DNA of 64,000 nucleotides from Candidatus Woesearchaeota archaeon (GCA_018653365.1 JABIAG010000001.1:260772-324771); one strand, 5' to 3'. Counted from the stretch's first letter, positions 10,193-19,847 are shown. Made by a program: numbers and translations. The notes: a model not told the origin generated them from the letters alone.

Positions 10193-10326
10193 CTTGCTTT
10201 AACGTGTGTTGGTTGCGTGCAAGGTTTGTAAATCATCTTAGAGCCACAATATGGACATCTAACTTTCTTTCTTAAAAATTCTTCTCCAACTTTTTTATTG
10301 CATTGAAAACATTTGTATAAAACCAT
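10189..10326 (-). CDS. rpoP: DNA-directed RNA polymerase subunit P (RpoP/Rpb12-like)
   Basis: Manual translation of the gap between Pcc1 and L37ae gives MVLYKCFQCNKKVGEEFLRKKVRCPYCGSKMIYKPCTQPTHVKAR (45 aa, CxxC...CxxC). It is absent from the ORF track because it is under 60 aa. It overlaps the Pcc1 start by 4 nt. Confidence 0.75.
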   Translation of the reverse strand: MVLYKCFQCNKKVGEEFLRKKVRCPYCGSKMIYKPCTQPTHVKAR

Positions 10327-10327
10327 T

Positions 10328-10570
10328 TTATTCCTCGGAATCTTCTTTTACGCTCTCTTTTATTTTAGTTTTGCCTATATCATAAGCTTTACCAGTAAAT
10401 TTTGAATTACATTTAGTACATTCCCAAATTCCCGAAGCTATTCTTCTAACCTTTAGAGCATGACAATAAGGACATTTTTTATCTTTATTTTTAATGTCAA
10501 GAAATTTTGAGAGTTTACCTCTAACTTTTCTACCGTATCTTACTCCGTAACTTAGTTTTGTTGTCATCAT
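10328..10570 (-). CDS. rpl37ae: 50S ribosomal protein L37Ae
   Basis: YGVRYGRKVR...CPYC...C.KC zinc-ribbon ribosomal protein. Confidence 0.9.
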   Translation of the reverse strand: MMTTKLSYGVRYGRKVRGKLSKFLDIKNKDKKCPYCHALKVRRIASGIWECTKCNSKFTGKAYDIGKTKIKESVKEDSEE

Positions 10571-10641
10571 TACACCTTTTGTTTCATTCTGGACTTGCCT
10601 TTTGCAAGTGTCATTGTTTTTTTACCTGTTATTATTTTAAA

Positions 10642-10746
10642 TGGGGCTGCCCAGACATTCGACAACCCCTATTTTTTGAGTTGTATTCGAACTGGGGTCC
10701 TCTGGTCCCAAACCAGAGAGGATGGACCAAGCTACCCTACAGCCCC
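10642..10746 (-). tRNA. tRNA-Pro (anticodon UGG) with ~30-nt non-canonical intron in T-loop
   Basis: Acceptor GGGGCTG/CAGCCCC. Anticodon stem TCTGG/CCAGA with loop TTTGGGA. T-stem CCCAG/CTGGG is interrupted after TTCGAA by a 30-nt insert carrying a TCGA/TCGA 4-bp helix flanked by 3-nt bulges (BHB-like). No CCA is encoded. Confidence 0.8.
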
Positions 10747-10868
10747 TTTATGTCTATTAAGTAAAGGGAAAAATAATGCGTTTATAAATGTTACTGTAAT
10801 ATAAAAAGAAATAACCGCTGCACGCTTTTTGAGGGGGGTGTATCCAGAAGGATAGTGTGCAACGGTTG

Positions 10869-11279
10869 TTAACTGTCAATCAAGGTCTGAGCTGATTTGG
10901 AAAGTTCTTTACTCCACAATAAACCAATTCTCATCATTTCTTTCTTGAAATTATCTGAAAGTTTGTAGGTTTTTTTGTACATATCGTAGTCAATAATGCC
11001 CATGCTTCTAAAGGGGGTTAATATTCGGTCGTAAAATTGGCGTTTGTTATAGGAAAGTTTGACTTTTCTTCCCTTAAACTTCGGTGTTGGGATTTTTGCA
11101 ACAATTTTTCCTTCATGTAAACTTGTTGCAAACATGGACATCTGAGTTTTTCCGATTTCATTTCCATTATCTTTCATGAAATCTATGAGCAGTCTACCGA
11201 CTATTGCTTGCTGTTCTGTAGCAAACACTAATTCATATATATCCTCCGGCAGGTTAAACCTGTCGAATAATATTACCAT
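10869..11279 (-). CDS. hypothetical protein (possible DNA-binding)
   Basis: 136-aa ORF divergent from the oxidoreductase gene. Confidence 0.35.
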   Translation of the reverse strand: MVILFDRFNLPEDIYELVFATEQQAIVGRLLIDFMKDNGNEIGKTQMSMFATSLHEGKIVAKIPTPKFKGRKVKLSYNKRQFYDRILTPFRSMGIIDYDMYKKTYKLSDNFKKEMMRIGLLWSKELSKSAQTLIDS

Positions 11280-11300
11280 TTTGTAAGGAAAGCATAACTA

Positions 11301-11380
11301 GTATATAAATGTTACGTTTAGTATACTAAAAGGTATACTAATCTCCATCGGAAACAGGGGGGTGGTGTAAAACGTATACT
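11301..11380. promoter_or_regulatory. divergent promoter region with repeated palindromic GTATAC(T) motifs
   Basis: GTATATA at 11301, GTATACT at 11321, 11334 and 11374, between divergent genes 10869..11279(-) and 11431..12471(+). Confidence 0.3.
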
Positions 11381-11430
11381 GGTTTGGCATGGTTTAAAGA
11401 GATATTTTTATAAATAACCTGTGCTTCTTT

Positions 11431-12471
11431 ATGCTCATGAATAAAGTATTAATCCTTGGTGGACGTGGACCAAAATCATTCGGAAGACACGCTGCTAGAA
11501 TTCTAATGCAAAAAGGATATAGAGTATTCATGTCAAGTACAACTCAAGAAGGAGTTAACGAAATAAACGCAAGAGACAATCCTAAACTGGAAGGTTGTTT
11601 AGTAAGAGGATCTGATCATGGAGACATTACTATTGGATTAAACGATTTACACTGTATTCTAGAAAGAGATAATCCCGCATTAGTCTATGATGCATCACAA
11701 GACAGATTTTTGGGAGACTCAATACATGTACATCATGGGATTGTATGTTTACTTAATGGAACACCTTTCTTGTCTGAAAAACCCCTTTGTAATACTGATA
11801 ATTATGGTCAACAAAAATTAAGAGAACTGCAACAATTAAATTATCCTGATCAGGAAAGATTATTCGGAACCCATCTTCCAATGGTTCTAGTGGGAGACGC
11901 GCTAATGGAAGATGAAGTATTTGCAGAACAGGTTCTACAAGCTGACAAGATTGGTTGTTATTGGGTAACAAGAGGTAATACTCAAGGAAAAGTTCCAATT
12001 ATAGATAACTTATTCTTACATACTTTTCCATCCCTATTTGGAAGACACTTGGATTTTGATTTTGAGGATGCAGAAGTCGAAGAGAGAGGAGATTGGGGAC
12101 ACGCAGCCTTTTATGCAACATTAAGAGATATAGTTTATGAAAGTCAAGTTCCTCGAATTATAACTTGCGAATTACATGTACAATATGGTGGAAACTTTAC
12201 TGGATTTGAATTTGATGGGAATTTAGTTGGATTACATCAATATTTGAAAGAGGGAGTTCCTGTAGTACACCCAAAATGGATAGTGCCTTGTTGTCCAACT
12301 ACCGCAATGGAACAGGGAAACGATGGAATTATTGGATCTCAGATAGTGGCACCAATAAGTAATCCTTTAGAATACACTTTAGAAATGAGTTTAAGAAGAG
12401 AACCGGTAGTACCATTATCTGAATCAATAAGATATCAACAAAATCTACAAGAAGTAGTGGATAGTGAGTAA
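11431..12471 (+). CDS. Gfo/Idh/MocA-like NAD(P)-dependent oxidoreductase
   Basis: N-terminal Rossmann motif VLILGGRGPKSFGRHAA and the EKPLC signature. Lys-poor, Arg/His-rich composition atypical for this genome. Confidence 0.45.
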   Translation: MLMNKVLILGGRGPKSFGRHAARILMQKGYRVFMSSTTQEGVNEINARDNPKLEGCLVRGSDHGDITIGLNDLHCILERDNPALVYDASQDRFLGDSIHVHHGIVCLLNGTPFLSEKPLCNTDNYGQQKLRELQQLNYPDQERLFGTHLPMVLVGDALMEDEVFAEQVLQADKIGCYWVTRGNTQGKVPIIDNLFLHTFPSLFGRHLDFDFEDAEVEERGDWGHAAFYATLRDIVYESQVPRIITCELHVQYGGNFTGFEFDGNLVGLHQYLKEGVPVVHPKWIVPCCPTTAMEQGNDGIIGSQIVAPISNPLEYTLEMSLRREPVVPLSESIRYQQNLQEVVDSE

Positions 12472-12515
12472 AGAATAAGAATAAACAATATAAAGGGTTT
12501 GAAATTCTTTATTTC

Positions 12516-13805
12516 ATGGTTAGTGTTAAAGCACTTGCAGTGATGGTATCCTCGCCTTTTATAAGGCTGCATAAAAGTTCTATTCCTCAATCAAGAAGAG
12601 TAACTGAATTATTTATTGATGATGAAGAACGAACATTAGCAAAAGCAAGTATTTGGAGAAGTAATGATCCAATAGTAAATAATATTGCGGTTTTAAGAGT
12701 AAAAGGCACTCATTATGAGATGGGATTTCAACATGGAAGACTTTTAGAAACTGAAGTTAATTCATTTTATAATTCAATGCTAAAGTTAGCAATAGCCTAT
12801 GTTGGAAGAGAGGGGTTGTATGAAGCGTATCATATAATGGAACCATTTATACCTTCTTGCTATAAAGAAGAAATGTTGGGATTGGCACAGGGAGCCAATT
12901 TGCCATTAAGCTCAGTACATTTTGCTCATGTAGTTCCAGCACTAACTGAATATTACCATAGAACACAATTTGCAAGAGGGCTATTTTATAGAAGACCAGA
13001 ACAAAGAGATTTTGTATCACAAACTTGCAGTTTTGTAACTGCCTGGGGCGATGCAACCGTTAATGGAAACATGATTTCACTAAGAAACTTGGATTGGTTA
13101 AGATTTCTAAATGTTCAAAAAACTCCAACAGTAACTGTTTATGAATATGCTGATGGAACTAGTGTAGCAAATTTTGGATTTGCAGGATTTATTGGAAGCA
13201 TAACAGGAATGAATAATCAGGGATTAACTTTTGCAGAAATGGGAGTTACTGACGATCCCAGAGAGACATTAAAAGGAATCCCTTTTATTTTTTTAGCAAG
13301 AGAAATGTTAAGAACAGGTAAAACACTAAATGATGTGGTGAGTATGGCAAGAGAGGCCCCAAGAACTTGTAGTTACGGATACTTACTGGGGTCTGCACAT
13401 GAAAAAAATGCGGTAATGATGATTTCCAACCCTGAAGAGTTTGAAGTTTATAACCCTGGAGAGGATATAAAAGGGTTAAGTTATGGACAATCTGCTTTTT
13501 TCCCAGGAATAAAGAATGTCGTATATGCTGGAATGTTTGATAAACAATTAAATACATCCATTTCTCGAGCTTGGAGTAATATTGATGTCTCCCGAATGCA
13601 ACAGATTGCACATGAATGTGCTACAACTTCTTGTGTACAATCAGCAATAATGTGTCCAGATAAAGACCCCCACGTATTTGGAACAGCATATGTAGCAAAT
13701 GCCAAAGGATTATTTTTAGCAAAAGGGCAAGCAACAAACCGACCATATTTCGGAATAAATTTAGATAAAGTGTTAGCAAATGATGAAAACATTAGAATTA
13801 ACTAA
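12516..13805 (+). CDS. C45-family Ntn hydrolase (acyl-CoA:6-aminopenicillanic-acid acyltransferase-like)
   Basis: Probable nucleophile Cys in QTCSFVTAWG, followed by an NLDW motif. Atypical composition. Confidence 0.5.
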   Translation: MVSVKALAVMVSSPFIRLHKSSIPQSRRVTELFIDDEERTLAKASIWRSNDPIVNNIAVLRVKGTHYEMGFQHGRLLETEVNSFYNSMLKLAIAYVGREGLYEAYHIMEPFIPSCYKEEMLGLAQGANLPLSSVHFAHVVPALTEYYHRTQFARGLFYRRPEQRDFVSQTCSFVTAWGDATVNGNMISLRNLDWLRFLNVQKTPTVTVYEYADGTSVANFGFAGFIGSITGMNNQGLTFAEMGVTDDPRETLKGIPFIFLAREMLRTGKTLNDVVSMAREAPRTCSYGYLLGSAHEKNAVMMISNPEEFEVYNPGEDIKGLSYGQSAFFPGIKNVVYAGMFDKQLNTSISRAWSNIDVSRMQQIAHECATTSCVQSAIMCPDKDPHVFGTAYVANAKGLFLAKGQATNRPYFGINLDKVLANDENIRIN

Positions 13806-15627
13806 AAAAGTCTTCAATTCGTTCTTCAAAATCTTGATGCATTTCAACATCTTCTGAAAAACATTTTTTATAATTAGGCCAGGCATATCTTTTATCTAAA
13901 AAAACTACTAACCCTTTATCTGTTTCACTACGAATGCACCTGCCTGCATTTTGAAACACTTTGCTGATTGCAGGAAGAACATAACCATAATCCCATCCTT
14001 TAGAATACTTACGATCATAATGATCAATTAACGCTTGAGTTTCTAAATCTGGTTTGTTAAGTGGCAAACCAACAATAACTACACACTTAAGCAGATCTCC
14101 GGGAAGATCAATACCCTCACCAAAACTACCTGAAGCAACACCTAATAACACTGCACCATTATCTTTGTAAGATTTGAATCTTTCTAATAGGTCTTCTTTT
14201 TCTTGTTTGGACATCCCACTAACCTCATTAAAAACTGTTTTTTCACACCATTCAGAAAGAAAAGCATAAACTTGATCCCTAATAGAATAACTTGGAAAGA
14301 AAACAACACTATTCCCGGGAACTATATTAGTAATTTTTGCAATATGCGCAGCAATGTTCTTAAACTGATCTAAACTTCTTTCAGAATATTTTGTAGTGGT
14401 CTGAGGAACGATTAAATTAAGTTTATTTTTTTTTGGAAATGGAGAGGGGAGTTCTAGTACCTTGCCCTTAATTCCTAAAACTTCCTGATACATTTTAGCA
14501 GGGGTTAAAGTACCACTCATTAAAATTGAGGAATGACAATTCTCAAAGATTGTTTTAGCATTAACCGAGGGATCTAAACAAGAATGAGTAAGCTCAATTC
14601 TCTCGCCCCTCGGGGTAACAACATGTCGAATTATATTCACAAAGTCCTCTGCATCTTCGTAATGTTCTAAAAATAATGCAATACTTCTCAAATAACTCCG
14701 TTTGGACTTTAAAATGGTTTCATCAGCAAGTTGATCAAATAAATCAATAACATCATTTTTATTATCAATTTTAAATTCACCCTTTCTAATTATTTTTTCT
14801 TCATCCAATCCGATAATGTTCAACAATTTCTCTTGTAACTCATCAAGAATTGGAAAGCAATCATCTGCTTTTAACTCATCTGCCTCTTTTCTAGCACCTT
14901 TAATAGTTAAGGTAGAAACTTTATGCGTCATTAACTCTCTAATTCTATTTGGTAAATTGTGAGCCTCATCAACAATAACAATACACTCATCTAACCCTTT
15001 TTCTGCTTTGTTTAAAAACTTCATCAGAATTGCAGGATTAAACAAATAATAATAATCCGCAATAACAACTTTAGCTTTTTTAGAGAGTAAAAGAGACATT
15101 TCATATGGACAAAGCTTTACCTCTTCACACTTGTCAATAACTTCTTGCACACCTAACGGAGAGGCAATTTCAATACTCTCAAGAGTGCTTTTAGCACTAA
15201 GCGAAAGATTACTCCCCTTTTTAAGATTAGAAAAAAATTCACACTTATCTCCCTCCTTCAGGTTTTTACAATATTCAGAAAACTCATTAGATTGTAATAA
15301 AGTAACTGAGGGTTGCAAACACATCCATTTCTTACCAATAATATCAATTACAGGAATTGAAAGATCATACTTTTCTTTAATTGCATTAAGAGTCTCTAGA
15401 GCAATCTGATGTTGAGTGTGCCTTGAGGTCAAGAAAAAAACAGTTAGTTTGTCTTCTTCAGCTTTTTTTAAAGCAGGCCCTAGTGCAGAAACGGTCTTTC
15501 CTAAACCTGTTGGCGCATGAACAACCAAATTCTCTTTATTTTTTATTGTAGTTGCAATAGTGCTAATGAGCTCATCTTGAATTTTTCGTATTTCTTCAAA
15601 AGGAAAAAGAACATCTTCTTTCTTCAT
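13798..15627 (-). CDS. xpd: ATP-dependent DNA helicase XPD/Rad3 family
   Basis: Walker A HAPTGLGKT, DEAH box VDEAHN, and a 4-Cys FeS-domain pattern (WMCLQP, EYCKNLKEGDKCEF, KLCPYE). Confidence 0.85.
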   Translation of the reverse strand: MKKEDVLFPFEEIRKIQDELISTIATTIKNKENLVVHAPTGLGKTVSALGPALKKAEEDKLTVFFLTSRHTQHQIALETLNAIKEKYDLSIPVIDIIGKKWMCLQPSVTLLQSNEFSEYCKNLKEGDKCEFFSNLKKGSNLSLSAKSTLESIEIASPLGVQEVIDKCEEVKLCPYEMSLLLSKKAKVVIADYYYLFNPAILMKFLNKAEKGLDECIVIVDEAHNLPNRIRELMTHKVSTLTIKGARKEADELKADDCFPILDELQEKLLNIIGLDEEKIIRKGEFKIDNKNDVIDLFDQLADETILKSKRSYLRSIALFLEHYEDAEDFVNIIRHVVTPRGERIELTHSCLDPSVNAKTIFENCHSSILMSGTLTPAKMYQEVLGIKGKVLELPSPFPKKNKLNLIVPQTTTKYSERSLDQFKNIAAHIAKITNIVPGNSVVFFPSYSIRDQVYAFLSEWCEKTVFNEVSGMSKQEKEDLLERFKSYKDNGAVLLGVASGSFGEGIDLPGDLLKCVVIVGLPLNKPDLETQALIDHYDRKYSKGWDYGYVLPAISKVFQNAGRCIRSETDKGLVVFLDKRYAWPNYKKCFSEDVEMHQDFEERIEDFFS

Positions 15628-15672
15628 TATTCTGGAATTAACGGACGGTTAATAAATTTTGTTATGCTAGAA

Positions 15673-16362
15673 TTATTTTTTTAATTCTTTTTTACCTAAT
15701 AACGTAAAGGTGTTGTAATATTCACTGACACTACCTACATTAAAACAGGTTCCTTTAATTTCAACATCAGTTAATTCATCTCGGTTTCTTAGTATTTTCA
15801 ATACTTTATTAACAGTCTTTAGGTCTTCACCTGCTTTAAAATTAATTTTGCTTAAAATTTTAATTAAGTTAGGTGTGAAAACAAATCTTCCACTAGCATG
15901 AATGTTGGTTTCTTTTTTATTAAATACATTAATTGCTTGTTTTGCTGCAGGAGTTCGCGAATGATAAAGTAAATCAGAAAAAACAACAATGAAATTATCC
16001 TTAAGAAATTTTCTTGCATTGTAAACCTCAAACATCCAACCGGTTGGCTTGTTTTGTTTAACAAAAGTAATTTTACATTTCCTTTTAGCAGTTTTAAGTT
16101 TGCTTAAAGAACCTCTCTGACCTAATTTCCGAGTTATTTCTAATAATTGAGGGGTTGCTCTAAAATACTCTTTAATTGCCTTCAGATATCTTCCTGTAAT
16201 GATTATTTCTTCAATACCTGAATCAACAAGTTCATCAACAAGATACTGGATGATTGGTTTGTTAAGAATTGGCAACATAAGCTTATTAATGTGTTTGGTG
16301 TAAGGAAACAACCGAGAACCTATTCCTGCAGCAGGAATGATCGCTTTTTTAACCTTGGTCAT
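15673..16362 (-). CDS. galU: sugar-1-phosphate nucleotidyltransferase (UTP-glucose-1-phosphate uridylyltransferase-like)
   Basis: N-terminal AIIPAAGIGSRLFP pyrophosphorylase motif. Confidence 0.7.
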   Translation of the reverse strand: MTKVKKAIIPAAGIGSRLFPYTKHINKLMLPILNKPIIQYLVDELVDSGIEEIIITGRYLKAIKEYFRATPQLLEITRKLGQRGSLSKLKTAKRKCKITFVKQNKPTGWMFEVYNARKFLKDNFIVVFSDLLYHSRTPAAKQAINVFNKKETNIHASGRFVFTPNLIKILSKINFKAGEDLKTVNKVLKILRNRDELTDVEIKGTCFNVGSVSEYYNTFTLLGKKELKK

Positions 16363-16418
16363 AAACTTTTAATCCATTTAATAACATATAAATGTTTCGA
16401 AAATAATTGTTTTAAAGG

Positions 16419-17075
16419 TTATTTTTTATTTTTTTTAAATAATAAGGTGATTCCTCGAAGTTCAACTAAAATGGTCCAGTAAATAATTTTTAAATCAAGA
16501 ATAAAACTCGGGTTTCTAGAATAAAATACGTTTAAAACATCAATTAAATTGTTTTGTTTTGCATCTATGTTGTGTTTCTTAAGTATTTTAGAAACCTTTT
16601 TGGGATTAAGATAATGTAGTGCACTTCCAAGTCCGGTTAATCCGGGTCTAGAAGAAACAATATCTTGCCAAAGCGGATCTCGTTTTACCTCTTTGATTAT
16701 TTTGCCTTCGGATTTATCAATACTTGGTGCCCTAAATCCAATAAAACTCATATCTCCCTTAAGAATGCATAACAATTGAGGAAGTTCATCCAGATTAAGT
16801 TTTCTCATAAACTTTCCAACAGGGGTGATAAGATTTTTTTTATTCTTACCCTTTTTTTCAAACTCTAAAGCATTATTTACCATACTTCTAAACTTATACA
16901 AAGTAAAAAGATGGGTGTCTCTACCAACTCTTTTTTGAGAAAAAAATACTGGACTCCCAGAAAAAATACGAACAAAAATGTACAAAATTAAGAAAACAGG
17001 AGATAATATGATAATTAACAATAGAGAAAAAATAAAGTCTAGGCCTCTTTTAATACTTTTATAACACATAGTCAC
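16419..17075 (-). CDS. polyprenyl-phosphate sugar-1-phosphate transferase (bacterial sugar transferase family, PglC/WbaP-like)
   Basis: KRGLDFIFSLLLIIILSPVFLILYIFVRI membrane anchor plus SPVFFSQKRVG...LDELPQLLCILKGDMSFIG core. Confidence 0.8.
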   Translation of the reverse strand: MTMCYKSIKRGLDFIFSLLLIIILSPVFLILYIFVRIFSGSPVFFSQKRVGRDTHLFTLYKFRSMVNNALEFEKKGKNKKNLITPVGKFMRKLNLDELPQLLCILKGDMSFIGFRAPSIDKSEGKIIKEVKRDPLWQDIVSSRPGLTGLGSALHYLNPKKVSKILKKHNIDAKQNNLIDVLNVFYSRNPSFILDLKIIYWTILVELRGITLLFKKNKK

Positions 17076-18182
17076 TTATTTACCGAACTCATTTATATTT
17101 TTTACTATCTCCTCTTTCTCAGTAAGAGTTAATTCTGGAAAGATTGGAATAGATAAAACTTCTTTACATGCTGCTTCAGCTTCTGGAAAATCGCCCTCTT
17201 TATGATTAAGAAATTTAAAGCAGGGTTGCAGGTGTAGTGGTCGCGGATAGTAAATCATTGTTGGAATGTCTTTTCTTTCTAGAAACGCTTTAAGTTTATC
17301 TCTATTTTTAGTTCTTAAAGTAAACTGATTGAAAACATGTTTGCCTTGAGTGTCGATAACCGGTAAAATATTTTTATCTTCTATTTTTTCAATATAAAAG
17401 TTGGCGTTATTAATGCGATCAGCATTCCATTTATCTAGATGATCAAGTTTGATGCTAAGGATTCGAGCTTGCAATGTATCTAATCTAGAACTTTTACCAA
17501 TAATCAAATGAGAGTATTTATCTTCCGGGGAAGAACCATGATTTCGTAATAAAATAAGTTTTTTGTATGTTTCATCAGAATTAGTTGTAACTAAACCCCC
17601 ATCACCAAAACACCCTAAATTTTTTGCTGGAAAGAATGAAAAACAACCAACACCAAAACTTCCAACTTTTTTGTTGTTTATTTCAGAACCAATCGCTTGA
17701 GCACAATCCTCAATTACCTTGCAATCATACTCCTCAGCTAATTGCATGATCTTTTCCATATTACACGGATTACCAAAGAGATGAACTGGAATTATTGCTT
17801 TAATATTATTATCTTTTAGAACTTCTTCTAATTTAACCGGGTCTATATTAAAGTCTTGACCTATATCAACAAATACGGGAATTGCACCCACTTCAACAAT
17901 CGTTTCAGCAGTAGCAATAAAAGTAAATGGAGAGGTGGCAACTTTATCTCCTGGTTTGATATCTAATGCTTTTAGTGAAAGAAGTAGCGCGTCTGTACCG
18001 GAAGCAACACCAAGGGCATATTTAACACCTAAATATTCTGCCACTTTTTTTTCAAATTTCTTTAATTCTTCGCCCAGGATAAACATTTGGGAAGCAAGCG
18101 TATCAAGAATTTCATTATTAATTTCGGTTTTTATGTTGTTGTATTGTCTTTTTAAGTCTAAAAAAGGAATCATAAATCCCAA
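17076..18182 (-). CDS. DegT/DnrJ/EryC1/StrS-family sugar aminotransferase (WbpE/PglE-like)
   Basis: PLP-dependent aminotransferase motifs (GTDAL, SFFPAKNLG). The true start is probably the internal Met at 18173. Confidence 0.85.
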   Translation of the reverse strand: MGFMIPFLDLKRQYNNIKTEINNEILDTLASQMFILGEELKKFEKKVAEYLGVKYALGVASGTDALLLSLKALDIKPGDKVATSPFTFIATAETIVEVGAIPVFVDIGQDFNIDPVKLEEVLKDNNIKAIIPVHLFGNPCNMEKIMQLAEEYDCKVIEDCAQAIGSEINNKKVGSFGVGCFSFFPAKNLGCFGDGGLVTTNSDETYKKLILLRNHGSSPEDKYSHLIIGKSSRLDTLQARILSIKLDHLDKWNADRINNANFYIEKIEDKNILPVIDTQGKHVFNQFTLRTKNRDKLKAFLERKDIPTMIYYPRPLHLQPCFKFLNHKEGDFPEAEAACKEVLSIPIFPELTLTEKEEIVKNINEFGK

Positions 18183-18901
18183 CCCTGATTCTCTAATAAT
18201 TGCTCAGAAGGAACATCTTTTATTATCTTAGCCGGATTGCCAAATACTATTTTTTTTGTAGGTACGTCTTTTGTAACAACTGCACCTGCACCAACAAGTG
18301 CATCTTCACCAATTACAAGCCCTGGAAGAATTACTGCGCCTACCCCAATTCGACCCCCTCTTTTTATTGTAACTCCCTTAAATAACTTTTTTCTTTCCTC
18401 TGTTCGTCCAGCAAATTTATCATTAGATGTAACAACTCCGGGAGAAACAAATACAAAGTCTTCAAGTTCAGAGAATTTTGTTATATATGCATTTGTCTCA
18501 AGCTTGCAAAACTTTCCTATTTTACAATCATCTTCAACACAAACTCCGCGTCCTATAATCGTTCCCTCACCAATATCAACTCTCTCTCTTAAAGAGGCAA
18601 GATCAGCAATAAAAACATCTTTATTAATATTACACCCTGCATAAATAACAGAATTAGCTCCAACAGTACAATCATTACCAATTTTGCACTTTCTTAGGTC
18701 TGTATTTGGTTTGAAAATACTATTTTTACTTTTACCCGGAATTCTTCCAATAACAGAATTATCATGAATTACTACATTACTTCCTAGTTCAGTATTTTTT
18801 TTTATAACTACATTATTTCCAACAATACAACCCTCTCCAATTAAGACGCCTTCTTCAATAACAGTGTTTTTTCCAATTTCAAAGTTTGTCATTTTCTTCA
18901 A
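18170..18901 (-). CDS. hexapeptide-repeat sugar N-acetyltransferase (WbpD/PglD-like)
   Basis: Left-handed beta-helix hexapeptide repeats run throughout the protein. Confidence 0.8.
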   Translation of the reverse strand: MKKMTNFEIGKNTVIEEGVLIGEGCIVGNNVVIKKNTELGSNVVIHDNSVIGRIPGKSKNSIFKPNTDLRKCKIGNDCTVGANSVIYAGCNINKDVFIADLASLRERVDIGEGTIIGRGVCVEDDCKIGKFCKLETNAYITKFSELEDFVFVSPGVVTSNDKFAGRTEERKKLFKGVTIKRGGRIGVGAVILPGLVIGEDALVGAGAVVTKDVPTKKIVFGNPAKIIKDVPSEQLLENQGWDL

Positions 18902-19847
18902 GAACCTTTACTAAGAAAGGATGCATTTTATTTGTTCCAGATTCAACAGCGTTCGCGTTTCTAATCTCATGTAATAAATTAATTGCAGGTCTAGCTTCCT
19001 CAATTCCTAACCCTCTACCTGCCAGGATTTCTTCATACATTCTAGTATGTAGATCTTCAAATCCATCAGAAAATTCAACTTCTTCTTCATCTATTAAAAT
19101 AGATCTAAATGTTCTCTTTCCTTCTTTTCTTAAATTCTCTGGAACATCATTTTTATCAATTGATAAAAACCATCTAATGTTCGCTTTTTCAAGTTCTAAA
19201 TAACCACTCATTTTCTTTTTATCAGAATAATAAAGTTCGTGATGTTTTAAATCTCCAAATATCCATAAAAGCATATCAAAGAAGTGAATTCCTATGTTGG
19301 TAGCCACTCCTCCAGATTTACTTTCATCTCCTTTCCAAGAAGAATGATACCACCTTCCTCTTGAGGTGATGTAAGTCAGATCAATTTCATATTTTTTATC
19401 GCTGGATGCTTTTTCTACTTGTTCTTTGATTTTTAAGATAGATGGATGTAATCTTAACTGAAGGATGGTGTAGATTTTTTTACCTGTTTCTTTTTCTAGG
19501 TCTTTTAATGCTTCTAAATTCCAGGGATTTAACACAATGGGTTTTTCACAAATAGCATCTGCACCAATTCTTAATGCAAATCTAACATGGGCATCATGTA
19601 AATAATTTGGAGAACATATACTAACATAATCAATTTTTTTTTCTTTATCTCTTTTAATTTTTTCAGCATATCTATCAAAACGTTCAAATTCGGTAAAGAA
19701 AAACACATTTTCAGAAAAACTATCCATGATTCCAACGGAATCGGATTTATCTAGAGCGCAAATAAGTTTGTTGTTAGTATCTTTAATGGCTTTAAGATGT
19801 CTGGGTGCCACAAAACCCCCCACTCCAATCATTGCAAAGTTTTTCAT
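18879..19847 (-). CDS. Gfo/Idh/MocA-family sugar oxidoreductase (WbpB-like)
   Basis: N-terminal Rossmann MIGVGGFVAPRHLKA and CEKPIVLNP motifs. Confidence 0.8.
   Translation of the reverse strand: MKNFAMIGVGGFVAPRHLKAIKDTNNKLICALDKSDSVGIMDSFSENVFFFTEFERFDRYAEKIKRDKEKKIDYVSICSPNYLHDAHVRFALRIGADAICEKPIVLNPWNLEALKDLEKETGKKIYTILQLRLHPSILKIKEQVEKASSDKKYEIDLTYITSRGRWYHSSWKGDESKSGGVATNIGIHFFDMLLWIFGDLKHHELYYSDKKKMSGYLELEKANIRWFLSIDKNDVPENLRKEGKRTFRSILIDEEEVEFSDGFEDLHTRMYEEILAGRGLGIEEARPAINLLHEIRNANAVESGTNKMHPFLVKVLEENDKL

Noticed and set aside
10869-13805. Integrase or transposase next to tRNA-Pro and tRNA-Gln
   Set aside because: No ORF shows tyrosine/serine-recombinase or DDE motifs and no tRNA 3'-end duplications were found, so the blocks are described only as compositionally atypical, not as defined mobile elements.
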